DNA of 63,266 nucleotides, filler included, from Deltaproteobacteria bacterium (lineage in GTDB: Bacteria > JAUYMQ01), in NCBI GenBank assembly GCA_030698575.1. It is 13 parts of 13 records of this genome, joined end to end, with 100 filler letters (N's around TTAATTAATTAA, not from the genome) between each part and the next. Parts side by side here need not be neighbours in the genome. Positions count along the whole stretch, not along the records: positions 48,813 to 55,278 come from JAUYMQ010000418.1; positions 55,379 to 58,787 come from JAUYMQ010000311.1; positions 58,888 to 63,266 come from JAUYMQ010000440.1; 10 more parts are not named here. One strand, 5' to 3'. Under the pieces are notes generated by a model. It was not told where the DNA came from and did not search any database. It saw only the letters and a list, made by a program, of their open reading frames with translations. Shown here in pieces: positions 50,376 through 61,246 of this stretch (within the stretch, counting starts at the first letter, position 1; each line of letters opens with the position of its first letter). The position numbers and the translations under genes are program-made.

Positions 50376-50792
50376 CTAGGGCGCCATTCTTTCTCCTTCG
50401 GGACCTTGCGGGGCAACAGATTCGACCGTGTCACCCTGGACCACGTCGCCTTCGATCCAGACCGAATAGGTCCCGACGATGCCGATTAGACCATCAAGGA
50501 AGGCGTCCCCTGTGCTCATGCCGTCCTTGAGTCTGAAATTGACAATTGCCTGATCAGGACGAGCTTCCTCGGCAGCCAGCTTTAGGACGTTCAATGGTTC
50601 GCCCGAGCCAGCCAATCCGAAAAGCCAGAACACCTGGCGGTCGTGCTTCTTGAAGTGCTTAACGATGTGCGGTTTTCCTTCAACTTCTTTCGCATTGGTG
50701 ATTGTGACGGGGCCGCTGTACTTGTGCCGGACGGTGTAGCAGCCCGAGCACAGGAGAGCGACGAGAAGAAGCGGAAGAACCATTTTCAACAT
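50376..50792 (-). CDS. Bor/TRL-like small lipoprotein (paralog 3, more divergent)
   Basis: Lipobox CSGC; FWLFGL; IEGDVV. Confidence 0.65.
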   Translation of the reverse strand: MLKMVLPLLLVALLCSGCYTVRHKYSGPVTITNAKEVEGKPHIVKHFKKHDRQVFWLFGLAGSGEPLNVLKLAAEEARPDQAIVNFRLKDGMSTGDAFLDGLIGIVGTYSVWIEGDVVQGDTVESVAPQGPEGERMAP

Positions 50793-51266
50793 GGTCTTGC
50801 TCTCCACTTTTGAGTTTTGGATCGCTCGTTTAATCAAGAAAAGTTAGGAGAGGAAATCTTGCTGGCTAAGTATCGCAGAATTCAAAAGTTACACAAGAGC
50901 GTTGAGTTATTATTCCGCTGGTCTTGTAATTCTTAGGCATACCCAACCATGACAATCAGGTTTGTTTTGGAGTCATCACTTGTACAATGATCTTGGTCAT
51001 TAATCGGGTGGCAACACATAGCGGGCGCGCCGAGTCATGGGGCGACCCATGTTGGCGAAGACTTGGCACCACGAGCCTGCTGCGCCTTCGGATCGGGCAG
51101 GGTCGATTTTACACCACGCTTATTGTCCGCTCGCGCATGACGCCGCCGTTGGGCGGTGCCCGAGCTTTGGGGCGCGATTCCAGCCCGCAGCCGGAACTTC
51201 CGATGATCCCTGCAAGGCCCCGCCGACCCTCGCGCGGCGAAAAGAATTCATCGGAAGGGGAGGCCC

Positions 51267-51743
51267 ATGGACGAGAAGGCCAGGCGGCTGCTGCTGCAAA
51301 ATATTCCCTACGGCCTCTTCGTCGTGACGGCGCAGGATAAAGGGCAACGCAACGGGCTCACGGTCAACTGGCTCACGCAGGTGAGCTTCCGGCCGCCGCT
51401 CGTGGCCATGGCCATCGCCCGGGCCTGCCAGAACCACCCCCTCATCGCCAAAGCCGGGCGAGTGGCCATCCACTTCCTCCCGAAAACCGGCGAGGCGCTA
51501 GCTCAGCGTTTCGTCGTCCCCACGCGACGCACACCCGACAAATTTTTCGGCGCTGCGGTCAAGGACGACGCCGGCCCCCCGATCCTCGAAGGGGTCGTCG
51601 GCGTCCTTGAGGGAAAGCTCGTCCAGAAAGTGGAGACCATTGGCGATCACGACATCTTTGTGTTCGAGATCGTGGATGCGCGCCTCGACCAGGACGGATC
51701 CGTCCTGAAACTCGCCGACACTCGCATGACCTACGCCGGCTAA
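51267..51743 (+). CDS. Flavin reductase-like protein (DIM6/NTAB family)
   Basis: IPYGLFVVT, WLTQVSFRPP, GDHDIF. Confidence 0.92.
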   Translation: MDEKARRLLLQNIPYGLFVVTAQDKGQRNGLTVNWLTQVSFRPPLVAMAIARACQNHPLIAKAGRVAIHFLPKTGEALAQRFVVPTRRTPDKFFGAAVKDDAGPPILEGVVGVLEGKLVQKVETIGDHDIFVFEIVDARLDQDGSVLKLADTRMTYAG

Positions 51744-51779
51744 GCGGTCCCCCACCTGTCTTTGCGATCTCCCCAGTCA

Positions 51780-51952
51780 GCGCATGTCATTGCGAGGAGC
51801 GAAGCGACGAAGCAATCCCCTCCGTATTTGCCGGGAGATTGCTTCGTCGGGCCTCCGGCCCTCCTCGCAATGACATGCGCGGCCCGCGGCCCTCCTCGCA
51901 AGGACATGCGGCGGCTAAGCGGCCCTCCTCGCAATGACATGCGCGGCCCGCG
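51780..51952. repeat. Palindromic GTCATTGCGAG..CTCGCAATGAC element with two extra tandem copies of its right arm
   Basis: Hairpin 51780-51880; GGCCCTCCTCGCAA(T/G)GACATGCG repeated at 51857, 51888, 51921. Confidence 0.85.
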
Positions 51953-52031
51953 ACCTGCTTGTCGCCGCCGCCCGATGGGGCTAGGATGAGCAGGTCGCGC
52001 CCGCGGCCGACGGGACGCAGAGGAGCAGCCC

Positions 52032-52817
52032 ATGGGACAGAGCTACATTCTCGCGAACTTCGATCTGGTCGAAGGCGAAGAAACGCGCCTCTATGAGATG
52101 GCGAAGTCCGAGCAGTGGAACGCCTCGACCGACATCGACTGGTCGAAGCCTGTCGGCTGGAGCAAGAAGCTCACGAAGGAGACGGCCCTCGCCTACCGGG
52201 CCGACGTGATCTCCCAGTTCTGGTACGGAGAGCAGGGCGCGCTGGCTGTTTGCGCGCAGCTCATCCCGCTCGTGCCCGACATGTCGGCCAAGCTCTACCT
52301 CTCGAGCCAGGTGATCGACGAGGCGCGCCACACCGAGGTCTTTGGCCGCTACCTGAATCTCATCGGCGGGCCGACGCAGCTCAATCCCCACCTCGAACGT
52401 CTTCTGCTCAACCTGCTCGAGGCGCCCGGCGTCGAAGAGAAGCTCGTGGGAATGCAGGTGCTGGCCGAGGGGCTGGCGCTCGACAGCTTCCACTCGATGA
52501 TGGACACGACCTCCGACGCGCTCCTGCGCGACATCCTCGCAAAGGTGAGCCAGGACGAATCCCGACATCTCGGCTTCGGGGTTCTCTACCTGAAGCGCCG
52601 CATCGCACAGACGACGCCCGAGCGGCGGGCCGAGGTAGAGAAGGCTCTCGCGGGCTACGCGCACCTGATCGCCAAGAGCACGGGCTGGCGCAATCCCAAC
52701 CTCCCGCCCCCGCCCGCGCACTGGCAGGTTGAGTCTTCGGGCTCTTCCTTCGCCGAGTATCTCTTGAAGAACCTGCGCGGGAGGCTGAGCCAGATCGGGC
52801 TCAAGCTGGCGGCCTGA
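52032..52817 (+). CDS. Ferritin-like diiron protein (AurF-like)
   Basis: GEQGA, DEARH, EGLA, DESRH iron ligands. Confidence 0.88.
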   Translation: MGQSYILANFDLVEGEETRLYEMAKSEQWNASTDIDWSKPVGWSKKLTKETALAYRADVISQFWYGEQGALAVCAQLIPLVPDMSAKLYLSSQVIDEARHTEVFGRYLNLIGGPTQLNPHLERLLLNLLEAPGVEEKLVGMQVLAEGLALDSFHSMMDTTSDALLRDILAKVSQDESRHLGFGVLYLKRRIAQTTPERRAEVEKALAGYAHLIAKSTGWRNPNLPPPPAHWQVESSGSSFAEYLLKNLRGRLSQIGLKLAA

Positions 52818-52907
52818 GGCGGGCCCCGCCGGCGCCCCCTTCAACCGATTTGCAGCACTCACCGAGTTGACGGCAACTCGGTGCTTCTTTTCAAGGAGGA
52901 CGATCAG

Positions 52908-53819
52908 ATGATGCTTCGTGACAAGGTCGCGCTGGTGACAGGCGCGGGCCGCGGCATCGGCCGGGACATCGCGCTTCTCATGGCGAAGTATGGCGCGAAG
53001 GTCGTGGTGAACGACCTCGGCGGCAGCGAGAAGGGCGAGGGGCTGGACCAGATGCCCGCCGCGGAAGTCGTGCGCGAGATCGAGAAGGCCGGAGGCGAGG
53101 CCGTCGCCAACTTCGACAGCGTCGCCACCTGGGATGGCGGTAAGGCCATGGTGCAAACGGCGCTCGATCGCTGGGGGAGGATCGACATCGTGGTGAACAA
53201 CGCCGGCATTCTTCGCGATCGCATGTTCTGGAAGATGAGCGAGGAGGAGTGGGACGCCGTCATCAACGTGCATCTCAAGGGGCACTTCTGCGTGACGCGG
53301 GCCGCGGTCAACCACATGAAGGAGCGCGGCTTCGGCCGCGTGATCAACTTCACGAGCACCTCGGGGCTCATCGGAAACATGGGGCAGACGAATTACGGCG
53401 CGGCCAAGATGGCCATCGTGGGGCTCACGCGAAATCTGGCGCTCGAGATGCAGCGCTACGGCGTCACGGTGAACGCGATCTCGCCCTTCGCCTGGACGCG
53501 CCTCATCGGCACCATCCCGACCGAGACCGACGCCCAGAAGGCCCGCGTCGAGAAGATCAAGCAGATGTCCCCGGCCCACATCGCGCCGCTCGCGGTCTTT
53601 CTCGCGAGCGATCAGGCGGCCGAGATCACGGGGCAGATCTTCGGCGTGCGGGCCAAGGAGATCATCCTCTTTTCACTCCCGCGGCCGGTGCGGACCATCG
53701 GGCGCCTCGAGGGGTGGACGCCTGAGGATCTGGCCGAGGTGATTCCGGGCGCCTTCGGAAGCTCGTTCTTCCCGTTGAAGGTGAGCGCCCAGGAATTCCC
53801 GAACGACCCGCTGGTCTGA
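52908..53819 (+). CDS. SDR oxidoreductase (3-hydroxyacyl-CoA dehydrogenase/MFE-2-like)
   Basis: TGAGRGIG, VVVNDLG, NNAGILRD, NYGAAK. Confidence 0.94.
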   Translation: MMLRDKVALVTGAGRGIGRDIALLMAKYGAKVVVNDLGGSEKGEGLDQMPAAEVVREIEKAGGEAVANFDSVATWDGGKAMVQTALDRWGRIDIVVNNAGILRDRMFWKMSEEEWDAVINVHLKGHFCVTRAAVNHMKERGFGRVINFTSTSGLIGNMGQTNYGAAKMAIVGLTRNLALEMQRYGVTVNAISPFAWTRLIGTIPTETDAQKARVEKIKQMSPAHIAPLAVFLASDQAAEITGQIFGVRAKEIILFSLPRPVRTIGRLEGWTPEDLAEVIPGAFGSSFFPLKVSAQEFPNDPLV

Positions 53820-53825
53820 GGCAGC

Positions 53826-54563
53826 GTGCGCCCACCCGATCCTTCGCAGCCCGTTCTCTATAGCCCGACGCGCCATCTCGCGATCTACCGCTACGTTCTG
53901 CCGCTGTTCGCCGTGATGACGCTGGGCTTCGTCGCCTGGTCGCTGCCGGCCGGTGTGCGCGAAATCCTCGTACCCTACCTCCTGCCGGTTGCCGTGTTCA
54001 TCGGCGGCCTGCTGCTGCACGCGCGCAACCTGCGCGCGGGCACAATCACCGAGCCCGGTATCGTCGTCAGCGAAGGCGGCGCGGACTACCTGGTCGAGTG
54101 GAACGACATCGAATGGGCGACGGAGCTGTGGATGAACCCGCCCACGCTCGTCGTCCGGCTGAAGCCCGGCCTGCCCATCCTTCCGCCCTGGTTTCTTCTG
54201 CTCCCGCCCCGTGAGCGGCGCTACAGCTGGAGCCCGCAGCCCATGTCGCAGTTCGTCGCGCAGAAGACGCGCGAGGCGCGGGCGGAACGCCCGGAGCCGG
54301 GGCTGGAGCACGGCCGCTGGCCGTCGCGCGCGCGGCTCACGCTCAGGGTGACGGGCACCTTCTTCGCGCTGTTCGTGGGCTCGCTCATGCTGGCGACCTG
54401 GCTCTACGTTCGCGAACTGGGCGATGCGCTGCCGATCGATCGCCACGGCGAGCCATTGCATGTCATTGCGAGGAGCGAAGCGACGAAGCAATCTCATGGC
54501 AATTGCGAAGGGGATTGCTTCGTCGGGCCCTGCGGGCCCTCCTCGCAACGACACGCGGCGTAG
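53826..54563 (+). CDS. Hypothetical membrane protein; C-terminus encoded by a palindromic repeat
   Basis: Three TM segments; tail HVIARSEATKQS...DCFVG is the repeat translation. Confidence 0.65.
   Translation: MRPPDPSQPVLYSPTRHLAIYRYVLPLFAVMTLGFVAWSLPAGVREILVPYLLPVAVFIGGLLLHARNLRAGTITEPGIVVSEGGADYLVEWNDIEWATELWMNPPTLVVRLKPGLPILPPWFLLLPPRERRYSWSPQPMSQFVAQKTREARAERPEPGLEHGRWPSRARLTLRVTGTFFALFVGSLMLATWLYVRELGDALPIDRHGEPLHVIARSEATKQSHGNCEGDCFVGPCGPSSQRHAA
54458..54552. repeat. Second copy of GTCATTGCGAG palindromic element
   Basis: GCATGTCATTGCGAGGAGCGAAGCGACGAAGCAATC identical to the 51782 copy; right arm GATTGCTTCGTCGGG..CTCCTCGCAACGAC. Confidence 0.88.
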
Positions 54564-54649
54564 GCGCGTGTCGCGTTGACACACGGCCGCGAAAAAACCT
54601 AGACTTCCGCCCGACACTTCCCCCGTTTTCCCCGGCCCGCGAGGTGCGC

Positions 54650-55278
54650 ATGTCACGCTCCGTCCGCTTCTTTGCATCCTTCCACACCGTTCCAAGCTTC
54701 GACGAGTGGCGCGCCATGGCGGTCGACGCCGAGCGCCTCGGCTTCTACGGCATCAGCCGCGACGATCACTTCTGGCCGCCCACGCTCGCGCAACCCGAAG
54801 ACCCGTGGCCCGAATGCTTCACGCTGCTCGGGGCGCTCGCGGCGGTCACGTCGAAGGTGCGCATCACGCAGACGGTGACCTGCAACGCCTACCGGCATCC
54901 GGGGCTGCTCGCGAAGATCGTCTCGACGCTCGACTGGATCTCGAACGGGCGGGCCGAGCTTGGGCTCGGCGCGGGCTGGTACCGGCCGGAGTTCGATGCC
55001 TACGGCATCGACTATCCGAAGCCCAGCGTGCGCATAGCGATGCTTCAGGAGGCGGTGAAGATCGTGAAGAGCCTCTGGACGGAGCCGAAGACGACCTTCG
55101 ACGGCAAGTACTACAAGATAAAAGACGCCTACTGCTATCCGAAGCCGGTCCAGAAGCCGAGGCCCCCCATCGTGATCGGCGGCGGCGGCGAGAAGCTGCT
55201 GCGGGTCACGGCCGAGGAGGCCGACATCGCGAACATCAGCATGATCTTCAGCGCCGGCACGGTTACGCCCGAGGGGGT
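54650..55278 (+). CDS. LLM-class (probably F420-dependent) oxidoreductase (partial)
   Basis: DDHF, YRHPGLLAK, SNGRAELGLGAGW, PKPVQKP.PPIVIGGGGEK. Confidence 0.92.
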
Positions 55279-55378
55279 NNNNNNNNNNNNNNNNNNNNNN
55301 NNNNNNNNNNNNNNNNNNNNNNTTAATTAATTAANNNNNNNNNNNNNNNNNNNNNNNNNNNNNNNNNNNNNNNNNNNN

Positions 55379-57158
55379 AGAAGACACGCTGGAAGAAGCT
55401 CATACCGCCCGCCTTGAGAAAGGCGGTGACCCGAGGCTGAAGGATCCCGTATCCCTCCACCACCCGACCCAACGGCCCGTCAACCCGGGCCCGGTTGAGA
55501 GGATGGGCCATCGTCGCCACCAACCGGGTGGCCGCCCCCGGGGGAAGCCGCGAATCAGCATCGAGAGCGATCACATAGCGAACCCGTTCCGGGGGCACTT
55601 GGCCGGTTTGAATGAAGCTGGTGTCGGCCGCTCCTCGCAGGAGAAGGTTGAGTTCGTGAAGCTTGCCCCGCTTGCGTTCCCAGCCCATCCAGCAACCCTC
55701 GGAAGCGTTGAAGAGCCTGGGCCGGTGCAGCAGGTGGAACGGGCCCTTCCCCGTCTCCCCGTAACGCGTATTGAGGCGGCCGATCCCGTCCACAAGGATC
55801 TGAACAAGACCCTCATCGCCGGGCATCCGCTCGGAGGGAGCGTCGGTGTAGTCGGAAAGGAGCGCAAACTGAACCGCACCCTTCGGATTTGCGAGGTAGT
55901 GGCCCTCCAGCTTTTCGAGCAGTTCATGCGCCTCCTCCTGGCTTCCGAGAAGGGTCGGAACGACGACGGCGGTTTTGTACTCCGGAGGGATTCCCTTTTC
56001 GAAATCGAGCTTTGGCAGCAAGCGCGGCTGAAGGATCATCGTGGCAAGCCAGTGCACGAGCGTCAGTCCGACCACTGAGGCCGGGAGCAGCGCGATCGTG
56101 GTTCCAATGATCAGGGCGAGAGGAAGAGGATGCGCCTCCGTCGCGGCCAGGTAGAGCGCGGGCAGGGCGACCGCCACCGCGGTCGCGGCGAAAAGCGCCG
56201 CCGCATAGAGCGGCGCAACGTGGCGTCGCAGCCAGCGTCCCCAGGAGGCTTGCAGGGGCGGGAGGTAGCCGATCGACCGCTCAAATGCCTCCAGGCCGCC
56301 GCCAACGAGCCAGTAGCCCACGTGACCATGAGACTTTCCGCCCCCCGCGTTGCGTCGCGTTTGTTCGACGACGCGCTCGGCGATCCGATGTTCGGCGTAT
56401 GTCGTGTGGCGCGCGAGCTCTTCCACGGTCTTTCGGTAACGATCGCGCGTCTCGAAATCCATATGTGCATAGACGCCAGCCGCGTCGCGCCCCAGAATCG
56501 CCTCGACCTGGCTGGTCCGGTCGAAGAAGTCCTTCCACTGAATCGAATCGATTAAACCCAGGTTGGCGATCGCGCGTGCGACGCACTCCGTGTCTTCAAC
56601 AGACGGCGGTTCCATGGCGGGCGGTGTTGCTTCAAAGGGGGGCGCCAGCCGAGGAACAAGGCGTCCGAGCGCCACAACCAGCAGTTCGAGGCAGGCAAGG
56701 CGAAGCATCGTGGGGAGCGCCCACAATTCGGCGATGGTGAGGTAGGCATCTTCCTGATAGGCGTTGACGTACTCGATCGCACTGGACAGCGAGAGCTGCA
56801 GGCGGGTTGCCTGAAGAAGTGAGTGCGAGATGAACAGGATGCGCGGTAGTCCCTCCGCCTCGGGGTTCGCAGGGACGGGGAGACGCGCGTAGAAGCCCGG
56901 GGGCAGATCCTGCGCGATCTGCACCACGGCGCGTTGCACGAGGTGGTCGTTGTCCAGGAGCCACTCGGCCGCTTTCGTAGCGGTCGGGTCCGGCTCGGCG
57001 AGGGCCTGCCGGGCGCGATCGAGCCATTCGCGCATTCCCCGGATTTGCTCCAACGAGGGCAACGCCCGCGGTCGTTCGTCCAAGACCTCGTGATGCTCCC
57101 GGAGCGCCCGCGCCGCCATCTCCAGGGGGCGGTGCCGGGGCTCCAGGCCCGGGGTCAC
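55379..57158 (-). CDS. Cyclic beta-1,2-glucan synthase-like protein (NdvB/ChvB family), N-terminal part
   Basis: AEWLLDN, LPPGFY..LP, ELWALP.MLR, MDFETRDRYR, WMGWERKRGKL, YVIALDAD, YGILQPRV. Confidence 0.9.
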
Positions 57159-58186
57159 AGGCTCGCCTGCCTCGGAAATCTAGTAGCCGATTGCTCCGTT
57201 GGTGCATGCGCGCGGCGCGTCGATTGGGCCGCGCGTGGGCGCACGATCAAGAGTGGCGTCAAGGAGTGGGCCATCAGGTAGGTTGTCACGTTCCCGCAGG
57301 GAACGTCAGATCGGCTGCTCTGACCGTGGGCGGAAAGGATCACGAGATCGATACCCTCGTCAGCAATGAGGCGTGCAAGTCGTGTGCGGACGTCACCTGC
57401 CGGCAGCACCAGCACGGACGGTATGATTCCGTTCCTCGCCACCCGTGCACGGAGGCGATCGAGATAAGCGCTCGCCACGCGCTCGTTTCGTTGCGTAAGC
57501 CGATCCCGCAACTCGAGATCCCTGGCGTCGTGCGGTCCTGTCCCGGTCAGTTCCGGGACGGCAATTGCATGGGCGAGGATCAGCTCCGCGCCATGGGCGG
57601 CGGCGAGCCGCGTGGCCAGCGAAAGAACGCTCTCGGCGAGAGGGGATCCGTCGAGGGGCACGAGGAGGCGACGATAGCGGGCGATATGATCGACGGGCGC
57701 CGTCGCCGCGGGAACGAGCAGCAGCGACCCCGGGGCTCGTTCCGCGAGCTTTCGGGCCGTGCTGGCGAGGCTCCAATCCGTGCAGCCGCTCAGGCCGTGG
57801 CTGCACAGAACGGTGAGGTCCACCCCGTGGTGCTCGGCCCAGAGGCAAATCTGCTCGGCTGCCTGACCCTCGATCACTTCCACATTCGCCTTGATCGAAG
57901 ACTTCTTGCCCGCGCGATCTTCGGCTATCTGCTCGAGGTACTCCCGGGCCTCCTTGCGACGGATTTCCCACTCGAGAGGGTCAGGAGGAGCCTCCCCCAT
58001 GCCTCTCCCCTCGAGCACGCGCAGCAGCGTGATGGGTGCCTTTAGGGCCTTCGCGAGGGCCAGAGCATGAGGCATCGCGCGCTCTCCCAGCTCGGATCCG
58101 TCCAGGCAGGCCACGATCTGCTTAAACGGCCTATCAGGGGGCGCCTCATTTCGACGGGACGAACGTCCTTGCGAATCTTGTGTCAT
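57155..58186 (-). CDS. Tandem universal stress protein (two UspA domains)
   Basis: ACLDGS and VPLDGS N-motifs, SHG..G / AHG.S motifs; GGAGG RBS. Confidence 0.92.
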   Translation of the reverse strand: MTQDSQGRSSRRNEAPPDRPFKQIVACLDGSELGERAMPHALALAKALKAPITLLRVLEGRGMGEAPPDPLEWEIRRKEAREYLEQIAEDRAGKKSSIKANVEVIEGQAAEQICLWAEHHGVDLTVLCSHGLSGCTDWSLASTARKLAERAPGSLLLVPAATAPVDHIARYRRLLVPLDGSPLAESVLSLATRLAAAHGAELILAHAIAVPELTGTGPHDARDLELRDRLTQRNERVASAYLDRLRARVARNGIIPSVLVLPAGDVRTRLARLIADEGIDLVILSAHGQSSRSDVPCGNVTTYLMAHSLTPLLIVRPRAAQSTRRAHAPTEQSATRFPRQASL

Positions 58187-58230
58187 GGTCCCGTTCCTCC
58201 AGCGTTTTTACGCGTGCGCAGCCCTCCGGA

Positions 58231-58246
58231 TGCAACCGCGATGCCG
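58231..58246 (-). promoter_or_regulatory. Sigma54-like promoter of usp-glucan synthase operon
   Basis: Minus strand CGGCAT-CGCGG-TTGCA (GG-N10-GC), 45 nt upstream of the ATG. Confidence 0.6.
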
Positions 58247-58559
58247 CAAGCCGCAGCTTGCCACGCGAATAGCCGAACAAGCTTGTGGGATCTGCAGCGG
58301 GATCAGACATCGGCGCGCGGGTTGTTATGAAGGTGAGAGTGCAAGAGGCTTGCCAAGAAGGGAATGCTCTGAATGTGCTCTGATTTCGTGCGCTTGCGGG
58401 GGATCGGTTGCGCAAGAGATGCATGAAGCCGCACTGGAAGTGAAAGCTTTGCAAGAAACTTCACGGCGAGGATGTGGGAGGCGAATTATAATTTCGGGTA
58501 TAGAAACGCTTTTTTTAGAGCCTTGCTCCAGACGGCATTCCCCCCTACGCTTCCCCGCC

Positions 58560-58625
58560 ATGAGAGACCTGTTCATTCTGCTCAGCCATCTGTTGGCGCC
58601 CATCGCCAAGCTCCTGAGCCCCGGC
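58560..58625 (+). pseudogene. Possible N-terminal remnant of an integrase-core-domain transposase
   Basis: MRDLFILLSHLLAPIAKLLSPG resembles the start of rve-type transposases as recalled; similarity stops abruptly. Confidence 0.35.
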
Positions 58626-58887
58626 TGCGCGAGACATTTCTCGCGGGCCATTCGAGCTACCGGAGGCAGCGTGATTAGACCTAATGACTTCCGCAAAGAG
58701 AGGCTGACCCCCGAGGTGTTCGCGGGTTAGCCTTGCGGCCAGAGCCGCATCGTGCCGAAGCACGAGCCACTTCTAAACGGGGGTCAGNNNNNNNNNNNNN
58801 NNNNNNNNNNNNNNNNNNNNNNNNNNNNNNNTTAATTAATTAANNNNNNNNNNNNNNNNNNNNNNNNNNNNNNNNNNNNNNNNNNNN

Positions 58888-61176
58888 AAGATCGACGGCC
58901 ATCGCCCAGCGGTAGTCCTCGCTCCTGGCATCGTGCTCGGCCCACTCCTCGACCGGGATCACGGTGCCCGGCGGGGGCTCGTGATGGGCGTGATCCTCGT
59001 GCCCTTCGCCCTGGCCGAGCATCGCCGCCAGGGTGGTGTCCTGGGCGATGCCGCGGTGCTCCTGGTCCTGCGAGATCTGGGTCCGCAAATCGAACTCGGC
59101 CGGTCCCTTCGAGGAAATCCGCACGCGCGTCGAGAGGTACGCCGGAGCGCCTGAAACGCTGTCGTGAACGGCCGGAATCAGATCGAAGACGTTTCCGCCG
59201 ACCCCCGTGGCCCAGCGCCCGAAGGCCGTATGCCCCTGGCCGGCCGGAACAGCGACCGCGTCCTCGCGTATGCCCGGGGTCAGGAACGCGATGGCCTGAA
59301 TGGCGCCCGCTCCCGACACGATCTCGATCACGTCTCCCATGGCGATGCCGTTCTCGACGGCCGTCATGGGGTTAATCATGGCGGGAGTGGACCACACGGT
59401 CTTCGTGATGGGGTCCGGCAGTTCCTGGAGCCAGGGCCGGTTGGCGCCACGTCCGTCGAACGTCTGTCCAGGATAGGCAACGAGCGCGAGACCCTCTCCC
59501 TGGAGCGCGGGCGCTTCGAAACGGACGCCGGAGAGATCCCTGAGCGCGGCGCCCTGGGTGGGAAGATCACGCCAGAGGCCGCCCCGCGCCAGGGCGTTCC
59601 GCCACCAGATCTCGAACATCTCCGTCGAGCCGACAGCAGCGTGAACGGATTGCCAGCGCTGCTTCAGGTGCTCCTGGGCATTCGCCCCCTGGATGCGGTT
59701 CGCGTCGCCCGCGATGGCGGCCGCGTTCTGGATGAATATGTCGGCCGCCTGCCGCGTGTCATGAAGGGGGCTGATGACCGGCTGCTGCAGCGAGAGCACG
59801 CCGTCACGGGCGGACCAGTCGCCCCAGCTTTCGAGCGGGGAGTTGTCGGCCAGCACGAGGTCGCACTGCTCGGCTGTCTCGTCCATGAACTGGGTGATGG
59901 AAACCTTGAAGGGGACCTTCGCAAGGGCCTCGCTGAATCCGTAGGACTTCGGAAGCGAGTAAGCGGGATTGGTATCGAGCAGGACGAGCGCCTGGACCTT
60001 GCCGCCCTTCATGGCCTCGATGAGCGCCGCCATTCCCTTCGCACCGGCCGGAGCCGCGGCGCGCTCGCCGGCGTTGATGCCGGGGCCGAAGTTCACCGTC
60101 CGGCCAAGGTTGCCGGCGACGTGGTTCAGGACGTTCACGGCCGCCACGAAAGCCGCCGCGTTCTCATTCTGCAGCGCGGCGCCTCCCGGGAGCGCGATCG
60201 AAGGAGAGGCCTCGACGAACTCCAGGGCGAGGCGGCTGATGGTTTCGGCCGGAACGCCCGTGGTCGCCGCGACCTTTTCCGGCGCGAATGCGTCGAGGTC
60301 GACGCCGCTCACGGCGTTCCGCCCCTTGCCCGAGCGGACGATGACCTGCGCCATGGAGAGCGCCAGAAGCATCTCCGTGCCCGGAGCCGCGGCCACCCAT
60401 TCGTCCGCGCTCGAGGCGGTGGGCGAGAGCCAGGGTTCGATCGCCACGAAGCGCGACATGCGTCCGTCGGCGTAGCCGTGTGATTCGCTGAAGCCCCGCG
60501 TGAATTCGACCGGAGAGAGCCAGGTGTTCAGGAAGTCGGCGCCAAAGGAGAGGATGAAGCGTGCCTTCCCGATGTCGTACCGGGGAATCTGATCGATGCC
60601 GAAGGAGAGCTGGTTCCCCTCGCGCAGCGCCTCGTGGCCAAAAGGTTCGTGAACGATGCGGTTCGCAGAGCCGACGGACTCGAGCCATTCACCGCAGAGG
60701 GCTTCCATGCTCGAGGTGAGCGTCGGAGTGACAAGCCAGACGCCCGCGCCGTTGCCCTGCGTTCGCAGATCGCCAACCTTCTTCGCGAGGAGCGCCAGCG
60801 CGTCGTCCCAGCTCGTGGCCTTGAGGGCGTCGCCCTCCCGCTTCAGCGGCGAGCGAACGCGGTCGGGGTTGTAGAGCCCCTGAAGGGATGACTGGCCGCG
60901 AGCGCAGAGTTTGCCCTGGTTGACCGGGTGTTCCGGGTTGCCCTCGATCTTGATCGGGCGCCCCTCACGGGTTTTCACGTGAGTGCCGCAGCCCACCGGG
61001 CATTCGCGGCAGGTGCTCGCGTAGAAAACCGGGACGCCCACGGTCATGCCCTCGGGAGGAACAACGTAGGGAACGAGCTTCACGTTCTGCTCGACGCCAC
61101 ACGCCACCGCGCCGCTGGCCACGCCCGCCGCGCCGATGACCTTGAGGAAATCCCTTCGGTTCAACCCTTCCGACAT
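58888..61176 (-). CDS. actB: Alternative complex III subunit ActB-like (molybdopterin oxidoreductase fold + start of 4Fe-4S domain), partial
   Basis: Tat signal NRRDFLK; CRECPVGC..KIEGNPEHP..LCARGQ..LYNPDR; NRPWLQELPDPITK; ends YRWAMAVDL. Confidence 0.85.
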
Positions 61177-61246
61177 CGTTTCTCCCGCGATGGCCGCCCC
61201 TGCTCCGCTCGTTTCCGAGCCAGCGTCAGGCAGAGGCCTTCCGGAC

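Noticed and set aside
51857-51952. Three direct repeats as a mini CRISPR array
   Set aside because: Intervening sequences are only about 8-10 nt and the unit is the arm of a palindromic element.
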